From Ferroglobus placidus DSM 10642 (lineage in GTDB: Archaea > Halobacteriota > Archaeoglobi > Archaeoglobales > Archaeoglobaceae): DNA of 32,000 nucleotides. The stretch spans positions 1,710,001 to 1,742,000 of the forward strand of contig NC_013849.1 in assembly GCF_000025505.1 (NCBI RefSeq), written 5' to 3'. Position 1 is the stretch's first letter; each line of letters begins with the position of its first letter. A program made the translations under genes and the position numbers. The notes beneath the pieces were generated by a model that worked only from the letters and a program-made list of their open reading frames with translations, searched no databases and was not told where the DNA came from. Positions 1 to 9,353 of this stretch are shown here, piece after piece.

Positions 1-360
1 AATCTGGGATGCGAGGTTGTTAGAGGAACGGGAAGAGGGTACATGGAAGACTTGTTTTTTGCGATCGAAGAGTACTCGATCTCCAAACCTTTTCTTGCGT
101 TGAACTCGGATCTTTACTACTATAAAAAAGGGTTTGTTTCCGAGGTAATTGCTGAGTACTTTAAAATAACATCTCCGGCTTTAAGCGTTAGATACGAGGA
201 CGGAAGACCCGTTGGAATAAACGTATTCGATCCTTTTTTTGGTGAGCAGGAAGAGGAAATTTTTATTACAAGCGAAAAAGTAGTTCTTAACGTAGACACT
301 TTCGAGGACTTAAAGGTGTTGGGATGGACGAGTACTTTGAAAGAAGGAGGAGGATGGTAG
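1..360 (+). CDS. NTP-transferase-fold protein, C-terminal part (CobY/MobA-like?); 5' end outside window
   Basis: Frame 1 is open from base 1 ([14 protein letters not shown] precedes the first Met at 43), so the 105-aa track ORF is probably the tail of a longer gene. It overlaps the pcm start by 37 nt. The family call rests only on weak motif resemblance (TGxGY..DL, SDL). Confidence 0.4.
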   Translation, partial: NLGCEVVRGTGRGYMEDLFFAIEEYSISKPFLALNSDLYYYKKGFVSEVIAEYFKITSPALSVRYEDGRPVGINVFDPFFGEQEEEIFITSEKVVLNVDTFEDLKVLGWTSTLKEGGGW

Positions 361-971
361 AGAAATTGAAGGAGGAGCTGAACATAAGCGATAGGGTAGC
401 TGAAGCTATGCTAAAAGTTCCTCGCCACCTTTTTGTTCCGCCCGAATACAGAAGAGAAGCTTACAACGACTATCCTTTGCCGATAGGCTACGATCAGACT
501 ATAAGCGCTCCTCACATGGTTGCGATAATGTGCGAGCTTCTTGATTTGAAAGAAGGAATGAAGGTGCTTGAGATCGGCACAGGAAGCGGATATCATGCGG
601 CTGTCGTTGCCGAGCTCGTGGGAAAGAGGGGAAAGGTAATAACCGTAGAGAGAATTCCCGAGCTCGCTAAGAGAGCTGAAAAAACGCTTAAAGAGCTCGG
701 ATACGATAACGTTATCGTTGTTGTTGGGGATGGGAGCGAAGGTTACGAAAAAGAAGCTCCCTACGACAGAATTTACGTTACAGCCACAGCCCCAGACGTT
801 CCTCCTCCGCTCATCGAGCAGCTTAAGGAAGGAGGAAAGATGGTGATTCCCATCGGCAACTTTAGCCAGTACTTGTATTTGATCGAAAAGAAAAAGGGGA
901 AAATAGAGAAGAGGAACATGGGTCCTGTTAGGTTCGTTCCCCTCATAGGCAAGTTCGGTTTCAAGGATTGA
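324..971 (+). CDS. pcm: protein-L-isoaspartate O-methyltransferase
   Basis: 215 aa. SAM-binding motif [14 protein letters not shown]-terminal VPRHLFVP and ISAPHMVA are typical PCM motifs. Confidence 0.92.
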   Translation: MDEYFERRRRMVEKLKEELNISDRVAEAMLKVPRHLFVPPEYRREAYNDYPLPIGYDQTISAPHMVAIMCELLDLKEGMKVLEIGTGSGYHAAVVAELVGKRGKVITVERIPELAKRAEKTLKELGYDNVIVVVGDGSEGYEKEAPYDRIYVTATAPDVPPPLIEQLKEGGKMVIPIGNFSQYLYLIEKKKGKIEKRNMGPVRFVPLIGKFGFKD

Positions 972-1010
972 ATCAGTAGGATTTATAAACTTTGAACTTA
1001 AAAAAGCTTT

Positions 1011-1967
1011 ATGGAAACGCTAATTCTCACGAAAAGAGACGTCGAGAGTCTTTTAACGATGGAAGAGACGATAGCTGCTGTAGAGACTGCTTTTAGACTC
1101 CACGGAGAGAAAAAAGTTCAAATGCCTCCGAAGATGTATCTAACTTTTGAAGAGGGAGATTTAAGGGCGATGCCAGCTCAGGTTGGAAATTGGGCTGGAA
1201 TAAAGTGGGTGAATTCCCATCCGAAAAATCCGGAGAAAGGTTTGCCGACGGTTATGGCAGTTTTTATCCTCAACGACCCCTCTACTGGTTTTCCTCTCTC
1301 TATAATGGACGCGACTCACCTAACAAACATGCGCACCGGTGCTGCTGGGGCTGTGGCTGTGAAATATCTCGCGCCAAAAAATGCTGAGAGCGTCGGTTTT
1401 ATCGGGTGCGGAGTCCAAGCGAGATTTCAGTTTCTGGCTTTGAAAGAAGTTATGGACGTTTCTTTCGTCAGAGCTTACGATATAAGAAGTGAGACTACTG
1501 AAAACTTCGTCAACTTCGTCAAATCCTTTGGAGTCGATGCTGAAGTAGCTGAGGCTGAAAAAGTTTGCAAATGCGACGTCCTCGTAACTACCACCCCGAG
1601 CAGAAAGCCGGTGGTAAAGGATGAGTGGATCGAAGCTTTGCACATCAACGCCATAGGCGCTGACGCTCCCGGGAAACAGGAATTGGAGGAAAAAACGCTT
1701 CTAAGGGCGAAGATAGTCGTTGATGACATGGAGCAAGCTTTGCACAGCGGAGAAATCAACGTGGCGATATCCAAGGGAATCTTAAAGCCGGAAGACATCT
1801 ACGCAACTCTTGGAGAAATTGTGGCTGGTAAAAAGAAGGGGAGAGAGAATGATGAGCTGACGATTTTCGATTCCACGGGCTTGGCGATACAAGATGTTGC
1901 GACAGCTTCGGTTGTTTACGAGAAGGCTATTAAAGAAGGTTACGGAATCAAGCTGAGGATGTTTTGA
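1011..1967 (+). CDS. ala: L-alanine dehydrogenase, ornithine cyclodeaminase/mu-crystallin family
   Basis: 318 aa. Colinear, as far as I recall it, with the A. fulgidus OCD-type AlaDH (METLILT..., GDLRAMPA, KWVNSHPKNPEKGLPTV, HINAIGADAPGKQEL, IFDSTGLAIQDV). Rossmann motif GFIGCGVQA. Confidence 0.85.
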   Translation: METLILTKRDVESLLTMEETIAAVETAFRLHGEKKVQMPPKMYLTFEEGDLRAMPAQVGNWAGIKWVNSHPKNPEKGLPTVMAVFILNDPSTGFPLSIMDATHLTNMRTGAAGAVAVKYLAPKNAESVGFIGCGVQARFQFLALKEVMDVSFVRAYDIRSETTENFVNFVKSFGVDAEVAEAEKVCKCDVLVTTTPSRKPVVKDEWIEALHINAIGADAPGKQELEEKTLLRAKIVVDDMEQALHSGEINVAISKGILKPEDIYATLGEIVAGKKKGRENDELTIFDSTGLAIQDVATASVVYEKAIKEGYGIKLRMF

Positions 1968-2632
1968 TGAGGCTCGCGGCTTTCGTTTCTGGCGGGAAAG
2001 ATTCGATGCTCGCTTTACACAAAGCGAGTGAAAAGCACGAAGTAGTTTGTTTAATAGCGGTTAAACCGGCAAATCCAGACTCCTACATGTTTCACACGGT
2101 CAACGTCGATTTAGTTGACTACATCGCTATTTGTTTGGAAAAACCACTCTACAAAATTTTTGTTTCGGGAGAGAAGGAAAAGGAAGTTGAGGAGGTTTCT
2201 AAGGCTTTGAGCAATTTGAACGTGGACGGAATAGTTATAGGAGGAATTGAAAGCGAGTATCAAAAGAGGAGGTTCGAGAAAATTTGCGAAGAGAACGGAT
2301 TGAAGATGCTCGCTCCTTTGTGGAAGAAAAATCCCGAAGAAATTTTAAAAGAGGTAGCTGAAAAGTTTGAAGCTGTAATAGTAAAGGTTTCGGCTGAGGG
2401 ACTCGACGAAGAATGGCTCGGAAAGAGAATTGATCTAAAAGCCGTGGAAAAACTTTTGGAGTTGAATAAAAAGTACGGGATACATCCTGCAGGAGAGGGT
2501 GGCGAATTCGAAACTCTCGTTTTAAATGCTCCACTTTACAAGAAAAAGTTGAAAATAAACAGATGGAGAATTCAAAAAGAAGCTTTAGCTTCTTCACTCA
2601 TCGTTGAAGAAATTGAACTCGAGAGTAAATAA
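1967..2632 (+). CDS. PP-loop ATPase of the MJ0570/Dph6 family (diphthine-ammonia ligase-like)
   Basis: PP-loop SGGKDS near the N-terminus and AGEGGEFETLVL near the C-terminus. The ATG at 1967 overlaps the ala stop (TGATG); the track ORF begins 3 nt earlier at a TTG. Confidence 0.75.
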   Translation: MRLAAFVSGGKDSMLALHKASEKHEVVCLIAVKPANPDSYMFHTVNVDLVDYIAICLEKPLYKIFVSGEKEKEVEEVSKALSNLNVDGIVIGGIESEYQKRRFEKICEENGLKMLAPLWKKNPEEILKEVAEKFEAVIVKVSAEGLDEEWLGKRIDLKAVEKLLELNKKYGIHPAGEGGEFETLVLNAPLYKKKLKINRWRIQKEALASSLIVEEIELESK

Positions 2633-2680
2633 AGAGAAAGATTTATCTATGAGCCTTTCTTATCTGTTTAAGGTGATGGG

Positions 2681-3067
2681 ATGAGCTGCGAGAACGATCT
2701 GTTTTGCGGGATAAACAGCGTCGCTGGCAAAAGCGTTGATGAAATGACCGAGCTTGAAAAGAAGCACACTCCGGTAATAACCGCTCCGGATAAAGTTAAG
2801 GCTGGAGAACCTTTCGAAGTTAAAGTTGAAACGGGAGTTTACGTCAAGCATCCAAACGAATACGGACACTACTTCTCCTGGATCGAAGTATACTTAGACG
2901 ACACTCCAGTGGCAAGATTCGATCTTCAGCCGGTGATGAGTTCGCCGTCGGTTACCGTTAAAGTTACTGCCACCCACTCCCATGAAGGAAAGAGAAAAAT
3001 TAAAGCCCGTGCCTTCTGCAACCTTCATGGGGTGTGGGAAAACGAAAAAGAAGTAGAGGTGGAGTGA
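2681..3067 (+). CDS. sor: superoxide reductase (1Fe neelaredoxin / desulfoferrodoxin ferrous-iron-binding domain)
   Basis: 128 aa. Metal-ligand pattern EKKHTP ... HPNEYGHYFSWIE ... CNLHGVW (4 His + Cys). SD-like AGGTGA lies upstream of the ATG. Confidence 0.85.
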   Translation: MSCENDLFCGINSVAGKSVDEMTELEKKHTPVITAPDKVKAGEPFEVKVETGVYVKHPNEYGHYFSWIEVYLDDTPVARFDLQPVMSSPSVTVKVTATHSHEGKRKIKARAFCNLHGVWENEKEVEVE

Positions 3068-3229
3068 ATGGCGAGATACCAATGTAAGGTTTGTGGCTAC
3101 GTGTACGACGAAAACGAGGGAGATCCGGACAACGACATCCCGCCGGGAACCAAGTGGGAGGATTTGCCGGAAGACTGGGTTTGTCCCGTTTGTGGAGCAA
3201 GCAAAGAAGATTTCGAAAGGATTGAATAG
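3068..3229 (+). CDS. rub: rubredoxin
   Basis: Not in the ORF track (53 aa): [53 protein letters not shown]. It has two CxxCG knuckles. The ATG directly abuts the sor stop codon. Confidence 0.93.
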   Translation: MARYQCKVCGYVYDENEGDPDNDIPPGTKWEDLPEDWVCPVCGASKEDFERIE

Positions 3230-3263
3230 TCCTCTTTTCTTTTAATTTTTTGAGGTGAGGTGA

Positions 3264-4424
3264 ATGAAGATAGCGGATAATGTGTACTGGGTAGGTGTTG
3301 TGGACTGGAACGTAAGGGACTTTCACGGATACAGCACGATGTACGGCACGTCCTACAACGCTTATCTGATCAAAGATGAGAAGGTTGTTTTAATCGATAC
3401 AGTGAAGTTCGGGTTTGAGGAGGACCTTCTTGGAAAAATTGAGGAGATAACTGACAGAATTGATTATGTCGTCGTCAATCACGTCGAAATGGATCATGCC
3501 GGAGCTTTGAAAGCCGTTCTCGAAAAGTATCCTGAAGCGAAGATAGTCACCAATGCGAGGGGGAAGAGAGGATTAAAGGAGGCTTACGGAATAGAAAGAG
3601 ATGTTGAAGTTGTTAAGACCGGAGATAGGTTGAAGATAGGAAAGCAGGAGCTCATGTTTATAGAGACGCCTATGGTTCATTGGCCGGACAGCATGGCAAC
3701 TTATCTAATTGAGCAGAAAATACTCTTTCCGAACGACGCTTTCGGTATGCATTACGCAAGCTCCAAGCTAATTGATGTCGAACTTAGCGAAGAAGACCTT
3801 GAAAAGGTATTCTTCGAGGCGGCGAAGTACTACGCTAACATAGTTCTGCCTTACAGCCAGCAGGTGAGGAAGGTTTTGGATGAACTTAAAAAGATTGAGT
3901 TGAAAATGATCTGCCCTTCCCACGGAATAATATGGAAGGACAACATAGAAAAAATCGTCAAAAAGTACGATGAGTGGAGCAGCGGAAAGGCTGATAGAAA
4001 AATTGTAATTGCCTACGATTCGATGTGGGGTTACACCGAGAAAGCTCTGAAGAAGATCGTTGAAGGAATTGAGGAAGTGGGCGTGCCTTACAGAATTTAC
4101 AAGCTTAGAAATTCGGATTTCACTGAGCTGATGGCAGAAGTGATGCAGTCGAAGGGGTTGATAGTTGGCAGTTCAACTCTGAACAGAGAAATCTTCCCGA
4201 GCGTTGCAGCGTTTTTAACTTACATGAAGGGTTTGAAACCTTTTGACAAGGTTGCAGCAGCTTTCGGAAGCTACGGATGGAGCGGAGAGGCTGTAGATAA
4301 GATAGTGCAGGTTTTCAAGGAGCTCAACTTCGAAGTTGTCGGAGCTGTCAAGTTCAGATTCAGCAGCGATGAGAAGTCGGAGGAGCTGAAAGAGCTGGGA
4401 AGAAAATTGGCTGAGAAGCTATGA
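3264..4424 (+). CDS. fprA: flavodiiron protein (FprA / rubredoxin:oxygen oxidoreductase type)
   Basis: 386 aa. Metallo-beta-lactamase-like diiron motif HVEMDHAG, C-terminal flavodoxin domain (KIVIAYDSMWGYTEKA). Strong SD GAGGTGAGGTGA upstream. Confidence 0.9.
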   Translation: MKIADNVYWVGVVDWNVRDFHGYSTMYGTSYNAYLIKDEKVVLIDTVKFGFEEDLLGKIEEITDRIDYVVVNHVEMDHAGALKAVLEKYPEAKIVTNARGKRGLKEAYGIERDVEVVKTGDRLKIGKQELMFIETPMVHWPDSMATYLIEQKILFPNDAFGMHYASSKLIDVELSEEDLEKVFFEAAKYYANIVLPYSQQVRKVLDELKKIELKMICPSHGIIWKDNIEKIVKKYDEWSSGKADRKIVIAYDSMWGYTEKALKKIVEGIEEVGVPYRIYKLRNSDFTELMAEVMQSKGLIVGSSTLNREIFPSVAAFLTYMKGLKPFDKVAAAFGSYGWSGEAVDKIVQVFKELNFEVVGAVKFRFSSDEKSEELKELGRKLAEKL

Positions 4425-5452
4425 GGGGCATTTTAATTTCTTCCGTTGAAGAGAAAGCTGGAAAAACCTCGTTGATTCTCGCTCTAAACGAAATTTTTTC
4501 AGGCTATAAAACCGCTTACTTCAAACCCTTCGGAACGAGTCCGGTTAGAGAGGGAGAATACTTGGTGGACGAGGATTTGAAAGTAGTCGAGGGGAATTTC
4601 AGCAAGAGCTCGAATCCCATCGTCCTTGACATGCCCTACGCCGAGTTCGTTTATTCGAGCGATTCCGTTGAGTTGAAGAAGGCTATAATCGAAGCTTACG
4701 AGGAGCTTGATGCGGATATTGTTTTCGTGGAAGGCTCTTCCGAATACAAGGTTGGAAAGTCCCTCGGCATTAGCGATGATATGGTTGCGGAAATTCTCGA
4801 TTTGAAAGTGTTACTCGTCGCAAAATACTCGAACGACTTCGTGATAGACAGGGTTCTTACGGCGAAGGATGTTTTTAAGGAGAGGTTGCGGAAAGTTTTA
4901 ATCAACCAGCTTACTGGGTACAAAACCTCCTACGTGAGTGCTGTAGTCGGGAAGGTTTTCGCTGAAAACGATCTTAGCGTTGTTGGCGTTTTGCCGAGGG
5001 ACCCCCTTCTCGCGGGAATGTCCGTCGAAGATGTGAGGAGAGCGGTGGAAGGGGAATTTGTTGTTAAGGCTGAGGAAGGGATAATCGAGCATTTCATAAT
5101 CGGTGCGATGTCGAAGAAGTCTGCTGAGAAGTTTTTAGCAGGAAAGGATAACTTGGCAGTAATTACCGGCGGAGACAGAAAAGACATTCAGCTTCTCGCA
5201 TTAGATTACGACAACGTCAGGTGCTTAATTCTCACCGGAAACCTTTATCCGGAGAGGGAAGTGGCAGAGAAAGCGAGAAAGAGAGGAGTTTCGATAATAG
5301 TCGTTCCAGAAGACACTTTAACAACCACCGAGCAGCTTGAGGAAGCTATGAGGAAGGCTAAAATAAGGGGGAAGGAGAAGATAAAGAGAATGGTTGAGCT
5401 CGTTAAAATGCACGTGAACGTTGATGAGATAGATAAATACATTTTCGACTGA
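4421..5452 (+). CDS. DRTGG-domain protein with N-terminal P-loop-like (Pta N-terminal / CobQ-BioD-like) domain
   Basis: 343 aa. N-terminal EEKAGKTS, internal LAVITGGDRKDIQLLAL (DRTGG signature). The ATGA overlap with the fprA stop implies translational coupling. Confidence 0.7.
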   Translation: MRGILISSVEEKAGKTSLILALNEIFSGYKTAYFKPFGTSPVREGEYLVDEDLKVVEGNFSKSSNPIVLDMPYAEFVYSSDSVELKKAIIEAYEELDADIVFVEGSSEYKVGKSLGISDDMVAEILDLKVLLVAKYSNDFVIDRVLTAKDVFKERLRKVLINQLTGYKTSYVSAVVGKVFAENDLSVVGVLPRDPLLAGMSVEDVRRAVEGEFVVKAEEGIIEHFIIGAMSKKSAEKFLAGKDNLAVITGGDRKDIQLLALDYDNVRCLILTGNLYPEREVAEKARKRGVSIIVVPEDTLTTTEQLEEAMRKAKIRGKEKIKRMVELVKMHVNVDEIDKYIFD

Positions 5453-7096
5453 TCACATTCTTTCCGGTGCTTCTATTCCGAGCAATTCGAGTCCGTTTCT
5501 CAGAACTATCCTCGTCGCGTCGACTATAGCAAGCCTGTGCATCCTTATCCTTTTATCGTCAACGAGAACCTGATGATCCGTGTAGAAGTCGTTGAAAGCG
5601 TTGGCAACGCTCATGAGGTATTCGGCAAAGACGCTCGGCTTCAGCTCGTTGACGGCTTTTTCAAGATAGAAAGAAAACTTAGACAATCTCATCACGAGTT
5701 CTCTCTCTTTCTTCGTAATTATTGCCGGATCGAATTCCAGCTCAGTTCTTCCAGCTTCTACAGCCTTTCTGAGTATGCTGCAAGCTCTTGCGTGGCTGTA
5801 CTGTATGTAGCTTGCAGTCTGTCTTTCAAAGTCGAGTGCTTTGCTCCAGTCGAAGGTGAAAGGTTTTTCCGGTGAAACCTTCACGAAATCGTACCTTATC
5901 GCTCCTACAGCAACTATCTTCGCTATCCTCTCGTCTACGCTTCCTCTTTCTCTCAAAATCTTTTTAGCCTCTTCAAACGTTTTCTCAAGAAGCTCGTCAG
6001 CTGAAACGAACTTACCTTTCCTCGTGCTCATCGACCCTTCAGGCAGAGAAACGAACTCGAAAAACAAAACTTCTGGAGGTTTTAAACCGAGCAATTCGAG
6101 TATTTTCGAAAGCTGTTCTGAGTAAAGCTTGTGATCAGCACCGAGGACGTTGATAAACCTCTCGAAGTTCTCGTTCTTCCACAGGTGGTAGGCAAGGTCT
6201 CTTGTTATGTATAAAGTCGTTCCGTTCTCCCTTCTCAGGATTACTTCCTTCTCTATTCCGTAATCTTTGAGATCGACCTTCCAAACGTCGTCTTTTTCCA
6301 GCAACCCTTTCTCCTCGAGCATTCTTAGGATTCTCTCAACGTAGCCGTTCCTCACGAAATCGGATTCGTATATGAAATCATCGTGGTGGATATCGAACTT
6401 TTCGAGAGTTTCTTTTATTCCCTCCAAAGCCTTGTCAACAACGAACCTGAACTTTTCTGAGATTTCCTCATCTCCCCTCTCGAATTTCAGCATAAGCTCG
6501 TCAACTTCTTTTTCGAGCTCTGGATTTTCCTCAATGTCTCTGTTTATCCTTATGTATGCTTCCGCTACCGCGTGATCTGGCTTTTTCTCGCTCAATCCGT
6601 ACTTCAAGTAACCTAAGACTGCCGCCGCTATTTGCCTTCCCATGTCGTTTACGTAGTAGTGAGTTGTGACTCTCATTCCCGCTTTTTCCATCATTCTGGC
6701 TAAAGTGTCTCCTATAATCGCGTTCCTGAGATGACCGACGTGAAGAGGTCCGTCGGGATTTGCTGAGGTGTGCTCTATTAAAACTTCTCCTCCAAGGTTT
6801 AGGCTACCGTAGTTCTCGTCCTCGTCGAGAATTCTTTCTACAGTGTCTGAAAGAAACTCCTCGTTTACGAAAAAGTTTATGTAACCGTTCACAACTTCGA
6901 CGCTGCCAATGTACGTGCTTCTTTCGAACTCGATTTCGGAAACGAGCTCTTCAGCAACCTTTTGAGGAGGTTCTTTCCTCTCTTTCGCAATTTTAAAGGC
7001 TATGGTTGTCGACAAGTCGGCAAACTCGCTCTCTCTGATGTACTTGTCCTCGCAGTTCAGGAGCTTTTTGACCTCTTTGTAGAACGCTCTGAACAT
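5453..7096 (-). CDS. argS: arginine--tRNA ligase
   Basis: 547 aa. HIGH-type motif SANPDGPLHVGH, KMSKS-type MSTRKG, C-terminal DALR-type anticodon-binding region. Confidence 0.95.
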   Translation of the reverse strand: MFRAFYKEVKKLLNCEDKYIRESEFADLSTTIAFKIAKERKEPPQKVAEELVSEIEFERSTYIGSVEVVNGYINFFVNEEFLSDTVERILDEDENYGSLNLGGEVLIEHTSANPDGPLHVGHLRNAIIGDTLARMMEKAGMRVTTHYYVNDMGRQIAAAVLGYLKYGLSEKKPDHAVAEAYIRINRDIEENPELEKEVDELMLKFERGDEEISEKFRFVVDKALEGIKETLEKFDIHHDDFIYESDFVRNGYVERILRMLEEKGLLEKDDVWKVDLKDYGIEKEVILRRENGTTLYITRDLAYHLWKNENFERFINVLGADHKLYSEQLSKILELLGLKPPEVLFFEFVSLPEGSMSTRKGKFVSADELLEKTFEEAKKILRERGSVDERIAKIVAVGAIRYDFVKVSPEKPFTFDWSKALDFERQTASYIQYSHARACSILRKAVEAGRTELEFDPAIITKKERELVMRLSKFSFYLEKAVNELKPSVFAEYLMSVANAFNDFYTDHQVLVDDKRIRMHRLAIVDATRIVLRNGLELLGIEAPERM

Positions 7097-8314
7097 TTAC
7101 TCCACCTTGTATCTGAGTATTGCAGCTATTCCTCCAAAAGCGTTCATCAGCATAGCTCCTTCCTCTGATTCAGTTGAGACGAAAACGACCTTTGCTCCAG
7201 AAGCTTCAGCAAGCTCGGCAAGCTCCATAACGACGTCTTTCCTCTCAACTTCCTCCATTTCCACGTTGTCATTCTCGCAGTACATCTTCTTGCTCGTGTT
7301 GTCCTTCAGAGTCACTTCTACAGTTTTGCCACACTTCGGGCATCTGTAGGTTACTCTTTCGTATCTCAGGTCTTCGGAGATTAGTAGTGTATCTACTGCT
7401 CCGTAGCTAAGGTATTTCCTCACCTCTTCCTCTCCATAAGCAGCCAATCCGTCTTTGACGACTTCTTTGAGGAACCTGTTCATTATCTTCTTCTCCTTTA
7501 TTATGTCCAGCTCCTGAAGAACATCTTCTGCTTTTTCCACAAGCTCGTACAAACCGCTTTCGTCTGTATAGCCGACGTCGAAAAGCCCGAGAACTTTCCT
7601 CTGAAGCTCGTGATGCAAGTATTCTCCCTCGTAAAACTCCTCTTTCGTAGGAGAGGGACCTCCTATCAATATTCCTTCGAGTTCGTCTTTAATCGGAAGG
7701 AATGCCTCGTTCGCTTTGTCTCCAACTCTTTTGTAGAACTCGTGGATAGCAATTTCTCTCAGCCTTTCGAATCTGACGCTGCTCTGCCCTCCCTGCCTGT
7801 GCTTCCCGGGAACGTTGGAAGTGGCGTGGGCGAGAACTTCAATTCTGTTTCCCCTCAAAACACCTATCGTTGCCTCTCTTCTATCGAGCACTATTAAGCC
7901 GTAAACTTTCTTCTCCTTCAGCATTTCTTTTAGCGGTTCAAGATAAAACCTCGAATCGCAGTGGTACTTGTACATGGGAACCGGCTCGGGGGGAATTATT
8001 ATTTCGGTTATGTGCTTCTCTTTTCCTCCTCCCAAGTCTATTACTCCACTTATTATCACCATTCCGTTCTCAGGTGGCTTTTTGAACATCTTCAACCTCT
8101 GCAGAATAGCCTCAAGCCCAGCTAAAACGTTCGTTCTCGTCTGCTTCGATTTGATGTTCGAAGCTTGGCTGAGCTCGTTTCTAAGCTGGTTTGCAACGTC
8201 TGCTATATTTTTATTTGGAGGAATGTAAAGGGTGATGAGTTCAGTTCCTCTACCTTTGTATTTTTCGAGCTCTTCGAGCTTCCTCTTGAACTCGTATTTA
8301 AGCTTGGCGTCCAT
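7097..8314 (-). CDS. prf1: peptide chain release factor aRF1
   Basis: 405 aa. NIKS (SNIKSKQTR) and GGQ (HRQGGQS) motifs. The stop codon abuts the argS start. Confidence 0.95.
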   Translation of the reverse strand: MDAKLKYEFKRKLEELEKYKGRGTELITLYIPPNKNIADVANQLRNELSQASNIKSKQTRTNVLAGLEAILQRLKMFKKPPENGMVIISGVIDLGGGKEKHITEIIIPPEPVPMYKYHCDSRFYLEPLKEMLKEKKVYGLIVLDRREATIGVLRGNRIEVLAHATSNVPGKHRQGGQSSVRFERLREIAIHEFYKRVGDKANEAFLPIKDELEGILIGGPSPTKEEFYEGEYLHHELQRKVLGLFDVGYTDESGLYELVEKAEDVLQELDIIKEKKIMNRFLKEVVKDGLAAYGEEEVRKYLSYGAVDTLLISEDLRYERVTYRCPKCGKTVEVTLKDNTSKKMYCENDNVEMEEVERKDVVMELAELAEASGAKVVFVSTESEEGAMLMNAFGGIAAILRYKVE

Positions 8315-9053
8315 CCAACCACCTCTCTACTCTTTTCTGCCAAGATCTTATCGCTCTTAGCAAGTCTATTCTTCTGAACTCCGGCCAGTACACGTCGCAG
8401 AAGTAAGCGTATTTTGAAGCGGATTGCCAGATGAGGAAGTTCGACAACCTCATCTCTTTTCCCGTTCTGATTATTATATCCACGGGCATATTTTCGTAGA
8501 GGTTTTCTTCTATCATTTTGAGGTCTATCTCCTCTGCTTTTACCTCGCCATTTAAAACTTTTTCCAACACCTTTCTTACAGCTTCAGCTATTTCTTGCCT
8601 CGCTCCGTAGGCTATGGCAATGTTTAGCCTGAAGTTGTCGTATTCTTTCGTCCTTTTTTCAACGAAAGAGGCAGCTTCTAAAACGTATTTTGGTAAAAGC
8701 TCCTTTTTTCCGATTATTCGAACTTTTACTCTGTTCCTGTGAATTCTCTTGTCTTCAGCGAGTCTGAAAAGCTCTCTTCTAATTAGCTGAAACAAATTTC
8801 TCTTCTCCTCCTCATTTCTTTTAAAGTTTTCAGTCGAAAAAGCAAAGACTGTCAGCGTTTTAATTCCAAGCTCGTAGCACCACTCGAGAACCTTCTCAGC
8901 TTTTTTCGATCCAAAAAAATGTCCCATCTGGGGAGGTAATCCCCTCTTTCTTGCGTACCTTCTATTTCCGTCCATTATTATCGCAATGTGATTTGGCAAC
9001 CTCTTCTTCTTAACCTCTCTTTCTAAAAGGAGCTCGTAAATTTTCCTTATCAT
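8298..9053 (-). CDS. uppS: cis-prenyltransferase (undecaprenyl-diphosphate synthase type)
   Basis: 251 aa. IIMDGNRRYA and RTGKEMRLSNFLIWQ motifs. The 3' end overlaps the prf1 start by 17 nt. Confidence 0.92.
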   Translation of the reverse strand: MIRKIYELLLEREVKKKRLPNHIAIIMDGNRRYARKRGLPPQMGHFFGSKKAEKVLEWCYELGIKTLTVFAFSTENFKRNEEEKRNLFQLIRRELFRLAEDKRIHRNRVKVRIIGKKELLPKYVLEAASFVEKRTKEYDNFRLNIAIAYGARQEIAEAVRKVLEKVLNGEVKAEEIDLKMIEENLYENMPVDIIIRTGKEMRLSNFLIWQSASKYAYFCDVYWPEFRRIDLLRAIRSWQKRVERWLDGRQA

Positions 9054-9349
9054 TTTTTCTCGAACTCCTGCAAGATTTCTTTAACTACGCTTTCGTACTC
9101 CTTTTTTAGATAATATTTGTTCTTCTCTCCGATTTCAAGCTTTAATATTCCGAGTCTCGCGCTCATCAATCCAACCATTGCCGAAACTCCCCGAATGTTC
9201 AAGTTGTATCCCATTTCTGCGAGTCTTTTCTGAATTTCTTCGGTAGTAAGCTTTTCCCCGCTAAGGACGATTTTAAGGAGAGCCCTTCTTATTCCGCTCC
9301 TATCTCTTTCCAAATACTTCCTTAGCCTTCTTATAACCTCCTCGTTCAC
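9050..9349 (-). CDS. small conserved archaeal protein, probable winged-helix fold
   Basis: 99 aa. 4-nt overlap with uppS and a 4-nt gap after the radical SAM gene, so it is embedded in an operon. The pattern LSGEKLTTEEIQKRLAEMGYNLNIRGVSAMVGLM resembles a wHTH. I am not sure of the family name. Confidence 0.6.
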   Translation of the reverse strand: MNEEVIRRLRKYLERDRSGIRRALLKIVLSGEKLTTEEIQKRLAEMGYNLNIRGVSAMVGLMSARLGILKLEIGEKNKYYLKKEYESVVKEILQEFEKK

Positions 9350-9353
9350 GAAC

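Noticed and set aside
7097-8314. Recoding (in-frame stop or frameshift) in the aRF1 gene, or inteins in the large enzymes
   Set aside because: prf1, argS, lysS and trpE are single uninterrupted ORFs of normal length, with contiguous motifs.
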